Below, one piece after another: positions 55,585-64,000 of a DNA stretch of 64,000 nucleotides. Position 1 is the stretch's first letter. Every line of letters begins with the position of its first letter. Made by a program: the position numbers and the translations under genes. Below the pieces are notes generated by a model, which saw only the letters and a program-made list of their open reading frames with translations, did no database searches and was not told the origin of the DNA. Source of the stretch: Capsulimonadales bacterium. GTDB lineage: Bacteria > Armatimonadota > Armatimonadia > Armatimonadales > Armatimonadaceae. The stretch lies in NCBI GenBank assembly GCA_033762295.1, contig JANRLW010000077.1:1-64000 (forward strand), written 5' to 3'.

Positions 55585-57075
55585 GTGACCCTACCGAAAG
55601 TCCTTCTCTCCCGTTGTCTCGGTGTCATCTTCTTCGGCGCGTTGGCGTCCGCTTCCCCGGCGCAGCCTCCGGCGTCCCCCGACGCTCCGCAAACCACCGT
55701 TCCCGGCACCTCCTCCGCGGACTCGGCCGACTGGCAGTGTAACGAACTGCTAAACGCGGACCTTCTGAAACTGGACCTTGTCGCTTCGCGGACTGCCCAG
55801 ATTTTTCATGTCGTCGATCAGATCTCGATGTGGAGCAAGACCTGCCACCGGCAGTACCTGTCCTATTTCGGGGGCGCGAACGGCAGTGAGTTCTCCGAAG
55901 CGGATCAGGAGATGCTGCGCAAGCATGTGGCGATCCGTGAGAAGCACCCCTGGGGTCAGGGATTGGAGCAAACCTTCTATTCCCCGCTGGATATCGCGGC
56001 GGCGGCACAGGAGGGAGTCACGGCGGGACGCCTGACAGCGGAGGAGGCGGCGACGGAGATCGAGGTGCTGAACTACTTCGCGCCGAAGGTGGACGCCCTG
56101 ATCGGAAAAGAAGCCCCCACCCTCACCCGATTCCGCGAGACGCTCCGGGCCGAACGGCTCCCGATCGCGGTTTTTGCCCGTCAGTTGTCCCGTTTGTGCG
56201 GCAACCGTCGATACCGGGTACCGGTCTATCTGATCGTCAATCCCCATCCGGTGAGTCATGGGAACGGCGTCGCCGGCGGACGTATCATTCTGGAGGTTCC
56301 GCGCCACGGGGACGCCTATACGACGCTGATGCGGACGGTTCTGTCGGCGTTCGTCGATCAGTACACGGACGACATGAACAAAACGTTGTCCGGGGTGGAA
56401 GGGCTGGATGCGGCGACTCTGTCGGAGGCGATCACCACGGCGCTGGCGCCCGGTCTGTTGCGACCGGCCGCCTCCGACGATACCCTGTTCAACCGGGTCG
56501 CGCATGATCTCGAATCCGGAAAGCCGTTGTCGGAGTCGGGCGTCCGGTTGCAGCGGTTCTCCCTGATGCTGCGTCCCGCGCTCACCTCGGCTCTCGCCGA
56601 CAAGAACCAGACGATGACCTCGTTTGTCGGGCAGGCCGTCGCGATCTGGCGGGCGATGGCGGAAATGGAACGGGCGGCCAGTACCAGTGTTTCCCCGATT
56701 CGGGCGAGCAAAGCTCCGAGCCTGTTCGTCTTCGGTGAATATGACGCGACTCTGACGGAGTATTTCAAGACCGGTTCCCGCAACTTCCTTTCCCGTCCGC
56801 ACCGGACCGATGCCTACCAGGAACTCCTCGGAAAATACTCCAAGCCGAACGATACCGTGGTTCTGCTGGCGACCAGTGACACCGTCACGCGTATCCCGAC
56901 CCTCTTCAGCGATCTGCTGCCGATCCCGGTAGCAACGCTTCAGGACAAGCTGGTCCGCGGCGAATCGGTGGTGCTTCAGGGTCATGCCCGCCAGTTGAAT
57001 GTCGTTCTGCTCGCGGCACCGAAACAGGTCGTTCTGGAGAGCCTCGTCCGTACCAATCGCGCCCTCTGGCAGTAA
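55585..57075 (+). CDS. Hypothetical secreted protein
   Basis: 496 aa ORF with signal peptide (…GALASASPA) and genome-like codon usage; no family recognised. Confidence 0.7.
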   Translation: MTLPKVLLSRCLGVIFFGALASASPAQPPASPDAPQTTVPGTSSADSADWQCNELLNADLLKLDLVASRTAQIFHVVDQISMWSKTCHRQYLSYFGGANGSEFSEADQEMLRKHVAIREKHPWGQGLEQTFYSPLDIAAAAQEGVTAGRLTAEEAATEIEVLNYFAPKVDALIGKEAPTLTRFRETLRAERLPIAVFARQLSRLCGNRRYRVPVYLIVNPHPVSHGNGVAGGRIILEVPRHGDAYTTLMRTVLSAFVDQYTDDMNKTLSGVEGLDAATLSEAITTALAPGLLRPAASDDTLFNRVAHDLESGKPLSESGVRLQRFSLMLRPALTSALADKNQTMTSFVGQAVAIWRAMAEMERAASTSVSPIRASKAPSLFVFGEYDATLTEYFKTGSRNFLSRPHRTDAYQELLGKYSKPNDTVVLLATSDTVTRIPTLFSDLLPIPVATLQDKLVRGESVVLQGHARQLNVVLLAAPKQVVLESLVRTNRALWQ

Positions 57076-57138
57076 TCGGAACCCGGCTCTCCTTCGTTCC
57101 GTCAACCACAGAGACGGCGGTTGCGGCCGCCTGATTCC

Positions 57139-57747
57139 ATGGAATTCATGGCGAGCGAGATGGCACAACCCGGCCCAGGCCGGCTCATTTTTCTGGGAGA
57201 GAACCCGGACAAAAATGTCGCCGAGGAGGTCAGCGCGTTTTTCTTTCTGCTGGATTCGGGCAGCGCCGCGGATATCGTCTTCTGTCTGGATTGCGCTCGC
57301 GGCTCGGTGGAGGCTTATCTGGCCATTTTCGATGCCATGCAGCTGGTCGAGGCCGACATCGTGACGTACTGCCGGGGAACGGCCTCCGCGGCGACCGCCC
57401 TGCTGCTCTGCGGCGGCACGCCCGGAAAACGCTACCTCCATCCGGCGACCCGTATCAGTCTTCTCCCGGTCACGGCCCGTTTCGATAATCACACCCCGGA
57501 AGCGGCGGCAATCACCGAGGCGATCAGTCAATTGACCGACAGCCTCGCCTTCCTGATCGCACAGAACACGGGGCGTTCGCAGAGCCAGGTGAAGGCGGCG
57601 CTGGAGAGCGGTCTGCAGTTGTCGGCCGAGGAAGCGATCGCGTTCGGTCTGGCGGATGGACTTCTGACCGAACTGCCGGAGGGTGCGGACGAGGTGTCTT
57701 CGCCCGTCCTGCCATCGCCCGTCCCTTTCCCCCCTTTCGGAATCTGA
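57139..57747 (+). CDS. ClpP-fold protein lacking the catalytic triad (ClpR-like)
   Basis: RLIFLG, GSV...LAIFDAMQ, GTPGKRY, TG......LSAEEAIAFGLAD align with ClpP; catalytic positions substituted. Confidence 0.8.
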   Translation: MEFMASEMAQPGPGRLIFLGENPDKNVAEEVSAFFFLLDSGSAADIVFCLDCARGSVEAYLAIFDAMQLVEADIVTYCRGTASAATALLLCGGTPGKRYLHPATRISLLPVTARFDNHTPEAAAITEAISQLTDSLAFLIAQNTGRSQSQVKAALESGLQLSAEEAIAFGLADGLLTELPEGADEVSSPVLPSPVPFPPFGI

Positions 57748-57782
57748 CGAGGGGGAAAGGCGAGGGGGAAGGAGATCGACGG

Positions 57783-59186
57783 TTATTTCCGCTCGGTGGC
57801 GACACGCCAGACGGTTCCGCTGCCATCATCCGTGACCAGGAGAGCGCCGTCCTTCGCCACGGTCACGCCGACGGGTCGTCCCCAGACCCGGTCGTTGTCG
57901 ATGACGAACCCGGTCAGAAAGTCCTCATACTCACCGGTAGCCTTGCCGTTCGCGCCGATCGGCACCCGGATCACCTTGTAGCCGACCCGCCGGGCGCGGT
58001 TCCAGGACCCATGCTCACTGGCGAAAATGTTTCCCTGGTAGGCGGCGGGAAACATCCTGCCGGTGTAGAAGGCGAGATCGAGCGAGGCGTAGTGCGATTT
58101 CAGCAGCACATCGGGGACGAGGACCTTGCCTTTGAGGTCCGGGCGTGCGCCTTTATGCCGGGGGTCCTCATTGCCGCCGAGGTAGTACCAGGGCCAGCCG
58201 TAGAACCCGCCCTCCTCGACATGGGTGATGTAGTCGGGCACAAGATTGTCCCCGAGTCCGTCCCGCTCGTTGACCGACGTCCAGAGCGTTCCGGTACCCG
58301 GCTGGATCGCCAGGCCGACGGGGTTGCGGATTCCCGTGGCGTAAACCTTCCCGTTCTTGCCGTCCGGGTCGAAGGAGAAGATCCGGGCGCGATGCTCCTC
58401 CTGCGGGTTGTTCTCCTGGTTGACATTGGTGAGGGAGCCGACCGAAACGAACATCCGCTTGCCGTCGGCGGAAAACTGGAGGTCGCGGGTCCAGTGACCG
58501 CCGCCCCGCAGTCGCCCGCCGCCCGGAATGGTATCGACGACGGTCTCGGGTCCGCCGGTCGCTTTCGTATCGCCGTTTTTGTAAGGGAAGCGGATCACGC
58601 TGTCGGTCTGTGCGACATAGACCCATTGCGGGTTGGAGCCGACCGGGTAAAAGTCGATTCCGAACGGCTGCTTGAGCCCGGTCGCGAAGTTTTCGGTTAC
58701 ATCCGCTTTTCCGTCCCCATCGGTATCGCGCAGGACTTTGATGTTTCCGGGTTCGCCGCGCCGGGGTTCGCTTTCGGCGACAAAGATATCTCCATTGGGC
58801 GCGGTCACGATGACACGGGGATTGGCCAGTCCGGACCGGTAGATATTGACGGCGAACCCGGAGGGCGCTTTCGGCATCCGGTCGCCGCGTTCGGCCCAGC
58901 CGGGTCCGTTGTCGGAGGACGGGGAGGCGTAGGGCGGCGGCAGGTCGTTCACGGTGATCTTGCGTCGGACGCCGGGGGCATCGGTCGTCCAATCGCCCAG
59001 GGCTTCCTTTCCGGTCAGGACTTCGCCGGGCGGGGCAGGCACGCCGGCAGTGGCGGTCGGCGACGGCGTGACACCGGCGGGGGATGTTTCGCGGGCGGCG
59101 ACCGAAGTGCTGTTGGTCCCGCAGGCGGCCGCCAGCGCGAAAGTTAAAGCGGCCATTCCGGTCGGAACGTAGGGGATTATTTTCAT
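57783..59186 (-). CDS. PQQ-dependent sorbosone/sugar dehydrogenase family lipoprotein
   Basis: Lipobox AAAC; GHWTR, ATGIRNPVG, VNERDGLGDNLVPDY, HGSWNR, GRPVGV. Confidence 0.88.
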   Translation of the reverse strand: MKIIPYVPTGMAALTFALAAACGTNSTSVAARETSPAGVTPSPTATAGVPAPPGEVLTGKEALGDWTTDAPGVRRKITVNDLPPPYASPSSDNGPGWAERGDRMPKAPSGFAVNIYRSGLANPRVIVTAPNGDIFVAESEPRRGEPGNIKVLRDTDGDGKADVTENFATGLKQPFGIDFYPVGSNPQWVYVAQTDSVIRFPYKNGDTKATGGPETVVDTIPGGGRLRGGGHWTRDLQFSADGKRMFVSVGSLTNVNQENNPQEEHRARIFSFDPDGKNGKVYATGIRNPVGLAIQPGTGTLWTSVNERDGLGDNLVPDYITHVEEGGFYGWPWYYLGGNEDPRHKGARPDLKGKVLVPDVLLKSHYASLDLAFYTGRMFPAAYQGNIFASEHGSWNRARRVGYKVIRVPIGANGKATGEYEDFLTGFVIDNDRVWGRPVGVTVAKDGALLVTDDGSGTVWRVATERK

Positions 59187-59325
59187 CGGGGCGTTTTGAC
59201 TACTTTCTACGGCTGATTCGGCAGCCTGAACATAATACCTTCACGCGAACCTTCGCGTTCGTTCGAATCGTCGATATCCCTGGAAAAAGCTGGCACTCGC
59301 CCCCGGGTTTCAATGTACATCGGAT

Positions 59326-60051
59326 ATGAAACGTATTCCCGAACCGCCTGCGGACGCTTCCCGCCCTGTGATCGTTCGTACGATCGGCCTGCGCAAGACC
59401 TACGGCGAAGGCGGTCCGAACCCGGTAGAGGTTCTGCACGGCGTCGACATGGAAGCCTATGCCGGCGAGTTTGTCGCGATCATCGGTCAATCCGGCTCCG
59501 GCAAATCGACGCTCCTGAATATTCTGGGCGCTCTGGACGTTCCTACCGCCGGTCAGGTGCTGATCGATGAGATTGATATCGGGTCTCTGGATTCGGACGG
59601 GTTGGCGGAGTTACGGAGCGACAAAATCGGTTTCGTCTTTCAGTTTCACCATCTGCTGGAAGAGTTCACCTGCCTTGAGAACGCGTTAATGCCGGTCATG
59701 ATCCGCAAAGGCGCTGCGGAAAGCCAGGATATCGAGTATGCCCGCCGCCTGCTAACACGGGTGGGACTTGAATCGCAGATGAACAAACGGGCCAACGCGA
59801 TGTCGGGGGGTCAACAGCAACGCAACGCGATCGTTCGCGCACTGGTCAATCGTCCCCGGCTGGTACTGGCCGACGAACCGACGGGCAACCTCGACAGCCA
59901 TTCCGGTGAGGAAGTTTTCAAACTGATGCGAGAAATCGCCCGTGAAACGCACGTCGCGTTTCTGATGGTCACTCACGACGACCGGCTGGCGCGGGCTGCG
60001 GATCGAGCGCTTCGAATCAACGACGGGTTAATCGAGACAGCGACGTTTTAG
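59326..60051 (+). CDS. ABC transporter ATP-binding protein, LolD/MacB-type
   Basis: GQSGSGKST, IGFVFQFHHLL, MSGGQQQR, LADEPTGNLD, VTHD. Confidence 0.9.
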   Translation: MKRIPEPPADASRPVIVRTIGLRKTYGEGGPNPVEVLHGVDMEAYAGEFVAIIGQSGSGKSTLLNILGALDVPTAGQVLIDEIDIGSLDSDGLAELRSDKIGFVFQFHHLLEEFTCLENALMPVMIRKGAAESQDIEYARRLLTRVGLESQMNKRANAMSGGQQQRNAIVRALVNRPRLVLADEPTGNLDSHSGEEVFKLMREIARETHVAFLMVTHDDRLARAADRALRINDGLIETATF

Positions 60052-60121
60052 CCGGAATCGCCCGACCGCGGATCGGTTACCGACATATCGTCCGCGATGA
60101 ATCGCATCGATATCTTTTGGA

Positions 60122-61447
60122 TCACTCCGGCGTTTTTGCGATCGTTTCGTCTTCCTTGCTGCCGACTTCCGGGTCCGGCGTGGCGATCGTTTCGGGCGCC
60201 TCTCCCTTGGAGACGCGCACATAGATCGTTTTGCCGACTCTCATTCGCCTTCCGGCGGCATCGGACTGCTCGTAAATCTGCCCTTCGGAGACTTCGGTGG
60301 TATAGCCGCTACGCTGGCTTCGTACGAGGCGCAGTCCACGCTCGTCGGCCAATTCCTGCGCTTCCTCGAGCGTCATGCCGAGGAAACTCGGAATGGTGAC
60401 CGTTTCCGGCGGCGCGTCGTTCCGCAGACGGGGCGAAGCCACGTTTTCGATGTCGGGCGTCACGCTCGCCTGTACCGGTCGGGCCTCCCGGTCGTTCGTC
60501 GGGGACGATTTTTTCGCGACGGCGCTCCCGGACGGTTTGGCCGGTTTCTTTTCCGGTTTCGCGGCGACCGGCGGACGGGTGACCTGCCGATACATTCGAA
60601 CGATCTGTTGCCGGGTCGCGGGGTGGTTCCACGCGCCGTATCCGCCGCCGAGGAAAATCATGCCCATACAGAAAGCAATGACGAGACGTTTGGCGCCTTG
60701 TGACATTCCCGCGCGGGTTCGTCGCGCTTCCTGCGTGGCTTTTTCGGTCGCGGCCACCTTTGCCGGTTTGCCCGGCTGACCGCACGGAATCCCATCGAAC
60801 TTTCCGAAAAAGTTGAAGAGATGGACGGTGACACCATGCTTGACCTGACACTCACCGATATCCTGAAGGTAGCGGGGCCAGGGATCGACCGTCCGTAACT
60901 TCTCGGCATACTCGGCGGACAGGAGAATATGCCCGGCATCGCCGCAGTCCATGATCCGCTGAGCCATGTTGACCCCTTCCCCGGCGACTTCGGACTGGGA
61001 ATTCAGGTCGGTGGAGACGATGATCGGACCGGTATGGATGCCCATCCGCAGATGGAACATGGTCCCGGTCCGGTCGCGGATCTCTCGTTCGTTGTGCCGA
61101 AGGAGACTCTGCAATTGAATCGCGCAACGCAGCGGCGACAGAACATCGCGCAGGAACAACAGCGCGGCGCCGTCCCCGGTCGGTCGAATGATCAGTTTTT
61201 TCTCTTCCCGTCCCATCGTGACCTCACCGGCCATCTGCAACTGATGCTGGAGTTCACGCTGGATATCGGCCTGCTGGACGGTACGGTATCGGGAGTAACC
61301 GACAATATCGACAAAAAGGATGTGGGCAATTTCCATTGCCGGGCCGGAGGCCGCCGAAATCAGCGGAGCACCCGCCGAGACGCTCCCGAGACCGACGGGA
61401 GTGGCTTTATCGCGTTTTCCGGTGATGCCTTGCCAAAGCGGGTCCAT
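60122..61447 (-). CDS. Class III adenylate/guanylate cyclase domain + TM + C-terminal PASTA domain
   Basis: ILFVDIVGYS, PTGDG, RMGIHTGP, GEGVNMAQR cyclase motifs; TM LVIAFCMGMIFLGGGYGAW; VTIPSFLGMTLEEAQELADERGL...GQIYEQS..AG......IYVRVSKG PASTA pattern. Confidence 0.85.
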   Translation of the reverse strand: MDPLWQGITGKRDKATPVGLGSVSAGAPLISAASGPAMEIAHILFVDIVGYSRYRTVQQADIQRELQHQLQMAGEVTMGREEKKLIIRPTGDGAALLFLRDVLSPLRCAIQLQSLLRHNEREIRDRTGTMFHLRMGIHTGPIIVSTDLNSQSEVAGEGVNMAQRIMDCGDAGHILLSAEYAEKLRTVDPWPRYLQDIGECQVKHGVTVHLFNFFGKFDGIPCGQPGKPAKVAATEKATQEARRTRAGMSQGAKRLVIAFCMGMIFLGGGYGAWNHPATRQQIVRMYRQVTRPPVAAKPEKKPAKPSGSAVAKKSSPTNDREARPVQASVTPDIENVASPRLRNDAPPETVTIPSFLGMTLEEAQELADERGLRLVRSQRSGYTTEVSEGQIYEQSDAAGRRMRVGKTIYVRVSKGEAPETIATPDPEVGSKEDETIAKTPE

Positions 61448-61655
61448 AGCTACCTGATTCTATAATTGACTTCCCGACTCGCATCGCAAGACGGCCAGGA
61501 AAACGAATGAACGGCGACCGTCCCCTTCCTCGCTGAAGAACACGTTCCAATTTATCTTCGGTTGAAGTGTGAGAATTATTTAATAGTCCCGTCTGTGTGA
61601 CGACGAACAGACGAGATTCGTTCTGCCAAAGGCCGTTCTCCCGGTATCTTTCTTT

Positions 61656-63998
61656 TCAGGAATTTTCGGCCGAAAGCGGCACGGCATCGGCGAGCGGAGT
61701 CACATCGGCCCAGGTCGTACCGGTTTTTACTTCGACCTCCAGAGCGACCTTGAGCGGATAGGCGCGCGCCATGCACTCCTCGACGCAATGCGCCATCTCG
61801 GTGACTTCCTCGGTCGGCGTCTCGAACAGCAGTTCGTCATGCACCTGCAACAACAGACGGGATCGGAACTGCCGATTCCGCATCGTCTCCCGGACATCGA
61901 TCATGGCCCGCTTCATGATGTCGGCGGACGACCCCTGGATCGGCATATTGGAGGCGGCTCGCTCGGCCCCCTGGCGGAACTGAAAAACGCGCGAATTGAT
62001 ATCCGGTATGTAACGTCGTCGTCCGAACAGGGTTTGAACGTACCCCTTTTCCCGAGCGAAGGCGACGGTTTCGTCCAGATAACGCCGCACCCCTGGAAAC
62101 CGGTCGAAGTACGAGGTTTTTAGCTCCTTTGCCGCCTTCATCGAGATCCCCAGACGACGGCCCAGCGCAAAATCCGAGATGCCGTAGATGACCGCGTAAT
62201 TGACCGTTTTGGCGGCACGGCGCATATCTCCGGTCACTCCGCTCACCGGGACATTGTATATCTTCCCCGCCGTGTATTTATGAATGTCCTCTCCGGACTC
62301 GAACGCGGCCACCAGTTCCGGGTCCTCGCTGACATGGGCGAAGATACGCAGTTCGATCTGCGAATAGTCGGCCGATAACAGCACCATGCCCGGAGGCGCG
62401 ATGAACGCACGACGGATCTCCCGGCCGATTTCGGTTCGGATAGGGATGTTCTGCAGATTCGGATTGGAGGAGGACAGTCGGCCGGTGGCGGCAACGGTCT
62501 GGTTCAGCGACGTATGTATCCGCTGCGTTTCCGGACGAACCAACGCCGGCATCGCATCGGTGTAGGTTCCCTTCAGCTTGGACAGTTCGCGATGCTGAAG
62601 GATCAGTGAAACGATCGGATAATCGGCCGACAGTTCCTCCAGGGTATCGGCATCCGTCGAATATCCCGTCTTGGTCTTTTTTCCGGCAGGCAGTTTCAGT
62701 CGCTCGAACAGCACTTCCTGTAACTGTTTGGGCGAACCGATCGTAAACGCCCCCCCGGCGATACCGAAGATTTCGGTTTCCAGCTGCTCGATCCGGCTCT
62801 GTAACTGCGCGGACATCCGATGGAGAACGTTGACATCCACGAGCAGACCGGCGTTCTCCATCTCGGCCAGAATCGGCGCGACCGGCAGTTCCAGTTCCCG
62901 CAGGATCGTCATCAGCCCGGCGGCATCCAGGCGGGGTTCCTGCACCTTTCGAACGGCCAGGATCGCGTCGGCTTCCGCGATGGCCTGAGCCTTTTCATTG
63001 GCCTCGACCTCGGCATCCGTCATCCCCCTGCGCTCTTTTTTATCGATCGTTTTGACCGTTTTCCCGGAATAGTCCTGAGCCATCTCGGGCAGGGAGTATC
63101 CCGACCGCCGCCCGGCGTTCAGCAGGTAACCTCCCAGATCGGTATCGAAGAGGACGCCATTTAACGAGACGCCATAGCGGGAGAGAATTCCGACATCGGT
63201 CTTGGTATCGTGTGTCAGCTTGGCGACGGTCGGGTCCGCCAGCAGCTTCGCCAGTGAGACAGGCATGGACAATACCGGTTCGATGCCATCGGCGGTCGGC
63301 GTTTCCTCAAAGAGCCCGCCCAGTTCGGACGACGGAGGCGCGGCAGGTTCTTCGCCGGTACTCAGGGGAAAATAGAAAACCGTGCCGCCCTCGGGAACCG
63401 TATCCGGTCCGTTTTCGGGCGCAAGCGCCACCCCGTGAATTCGGACCTCCGCCATACCTTCTCCGTGAAGATGGAGACGCACCGCCACGCTGTTCGCCTG
63501 TCGCAACACGGCGAGGGCCGCCGCCTGCTCCTCCGGGGTGACCGCTTCCCGGACGGTCGGCGCGCCGGGAGCCGACGCCGGGTTCGCGATCTCCTCCTCG
63601 GTCACAGCGAACGGATCGTATTCCTCCGCCTCCAAATCAACGGTCGGCGCAACTCCCGGCGCAACCTTGCCGGAGTCCGGAAGTCGTCGCAACAGCGTTC
63701 GGAACTCCAGCCGTTCGAACAGCGCCCGCACCGCCGAGTAGTCCGGCTCATAGACCGCCTTCTCCGGCGGAGGAACCGTCACTTCCTCCAGCGGCACCTC
63801 CCGCAGAATCGTCGCCAGTCGTTTCGATTTCGCCATCTGTTCGCGAGAGGCGTCCAACGACGCCCGGGTCTTCGGCTGCTTTACCTCATCGATATGCTCC
63901 AGAAGGTTTTCAATCGTCTCGAACTGCTGCAGCAGTTGAGCCGCAGTCTTCTCCCCGATACCGGGAACTCCGGGAATATTGTCGGACGCATCGCCCTT
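61656..63998 (-). CDS. polA: DNA polymerase I (5' part outside window)
   Basis: KGDASDNIPGVPGIGEKTA H3TH motif, TGRLSSSNPNLQNIP, ADYSQIELR motif A, R..AK.VNY motif B, LQVHDEL motif C. Confidence 0.97.
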   Translation of the reverse strand, partial: KGDASDNIPGVPGIGEKTAAQLLQQFETIENLLEHIDEVKQPKTRASLDASREQMAKSKRLATILREVPLEEVTVPPPEKAVYEPDYSAVRALFERLEFRTLLRRLPDSGKVAPGVAPTVDLEAEEYDPFAVTEEEIANPASAPGAPTVREAVTPEEQAAALAVLRQANSVAVRLHLHGEGMAEVRIHGVALAPENGPDTVPEGGTVFYFPLSTGEEPAAPPSSELGGLFEETPTADGIEPVLSMPVSLAKLLADPTVAKLTHDTKTDVGILSRYGVSLNGVLFDTDLGGYLLNAGRRSGYSLPEMAQDYSGKTVKTIDKKERRGMTDAEVEANEKAQAIAEADAILAVRKVQEPRLDAAGLMTILRELELPVAPILAEMENAGLLVDVNVLHRMSAQLQSRIEQLETEIFGIAGGAFTIGSPKQLQEVLFERLKLPAGKKTKTGYSTDADTLEELSADYPIVSLILQHRELSKLKGTYTDAMPALVRPETQRIHTSLNQTVAATGRLSSSNPNLQNIPIRTEIGREIRRAFIAPPGMVLLSADYSQIELRIFAHVSEDPELVAAFESGEDIHKYTAGKIYNVPVSGVTGDMRRAAKTVNYAVIYGISDFALGRRLGISMKAAKELKTSYFDRFPGVRRYLDETVAFAREKGYVQTLFGRRRYIPDINSRVFQFRQGAERAASNMPIQGSSADIMKRAMIDVRETMRNRQFRSRLLLQVHDELLFETPTEEVTEMAHCVEECMARAYPLKVALEVEVKTGTTWADVTPLADAVPLSAENS

Positions 63999-64000
63999 CA

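Noticed and set aside
60122..61447. Cyclase as a Pycsar/CBASS anti-phage system
   Set aside because: No adjacent cNMP-binding TM or TIR effector gene; the neighbours are polA and an ABC ATPase

Overview
A gene-dense, GC-rich (about 60-65% by eye) bacterial chromosomal segment with about 47 protein-coding genes. I found no rRNA, tRNA, CRISPR array, transposase, integrase or prophage. The gene content (DUF6785-type membrane protein, BlaI/M56 pair, many glycan-processing enzymes, a diderm-type pilMNOPQ operon) suggests an Armatimonadota-like organism; this is inference only. Core genes are purL, polA (partial) and a type IV pilus cluster (pilM-N-O-P-Q, pilB). The most interesting observations are: (1) a membrane-anchored class III nucleotide cyclase with an extracytoplasmic PASTA domain; (2) a DUF3326 + carboxynorspermidine-decarboxylase-like gene pair; (3) an operon with a plant-arabinokinase-like GHMP kinase, a GH172 hydrolase and an IMPase-like phosphatase, ending in a translationally coupled small-protein/nucleotidyltransferase pair resembling a toxin-antitoxin module; (4) a ClpP paralogue lacking its catalytic triad; (5) a recurring AGGA-N17-19-GAA (sigma-H-like) motif upstream of several sugar-use genes; (6) a 31-bp palindromic bidirectional leaderless promoter; (7) a probable internal translation start in the M56 gene. 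All calls come from reading motifs by eye; no database search was run.
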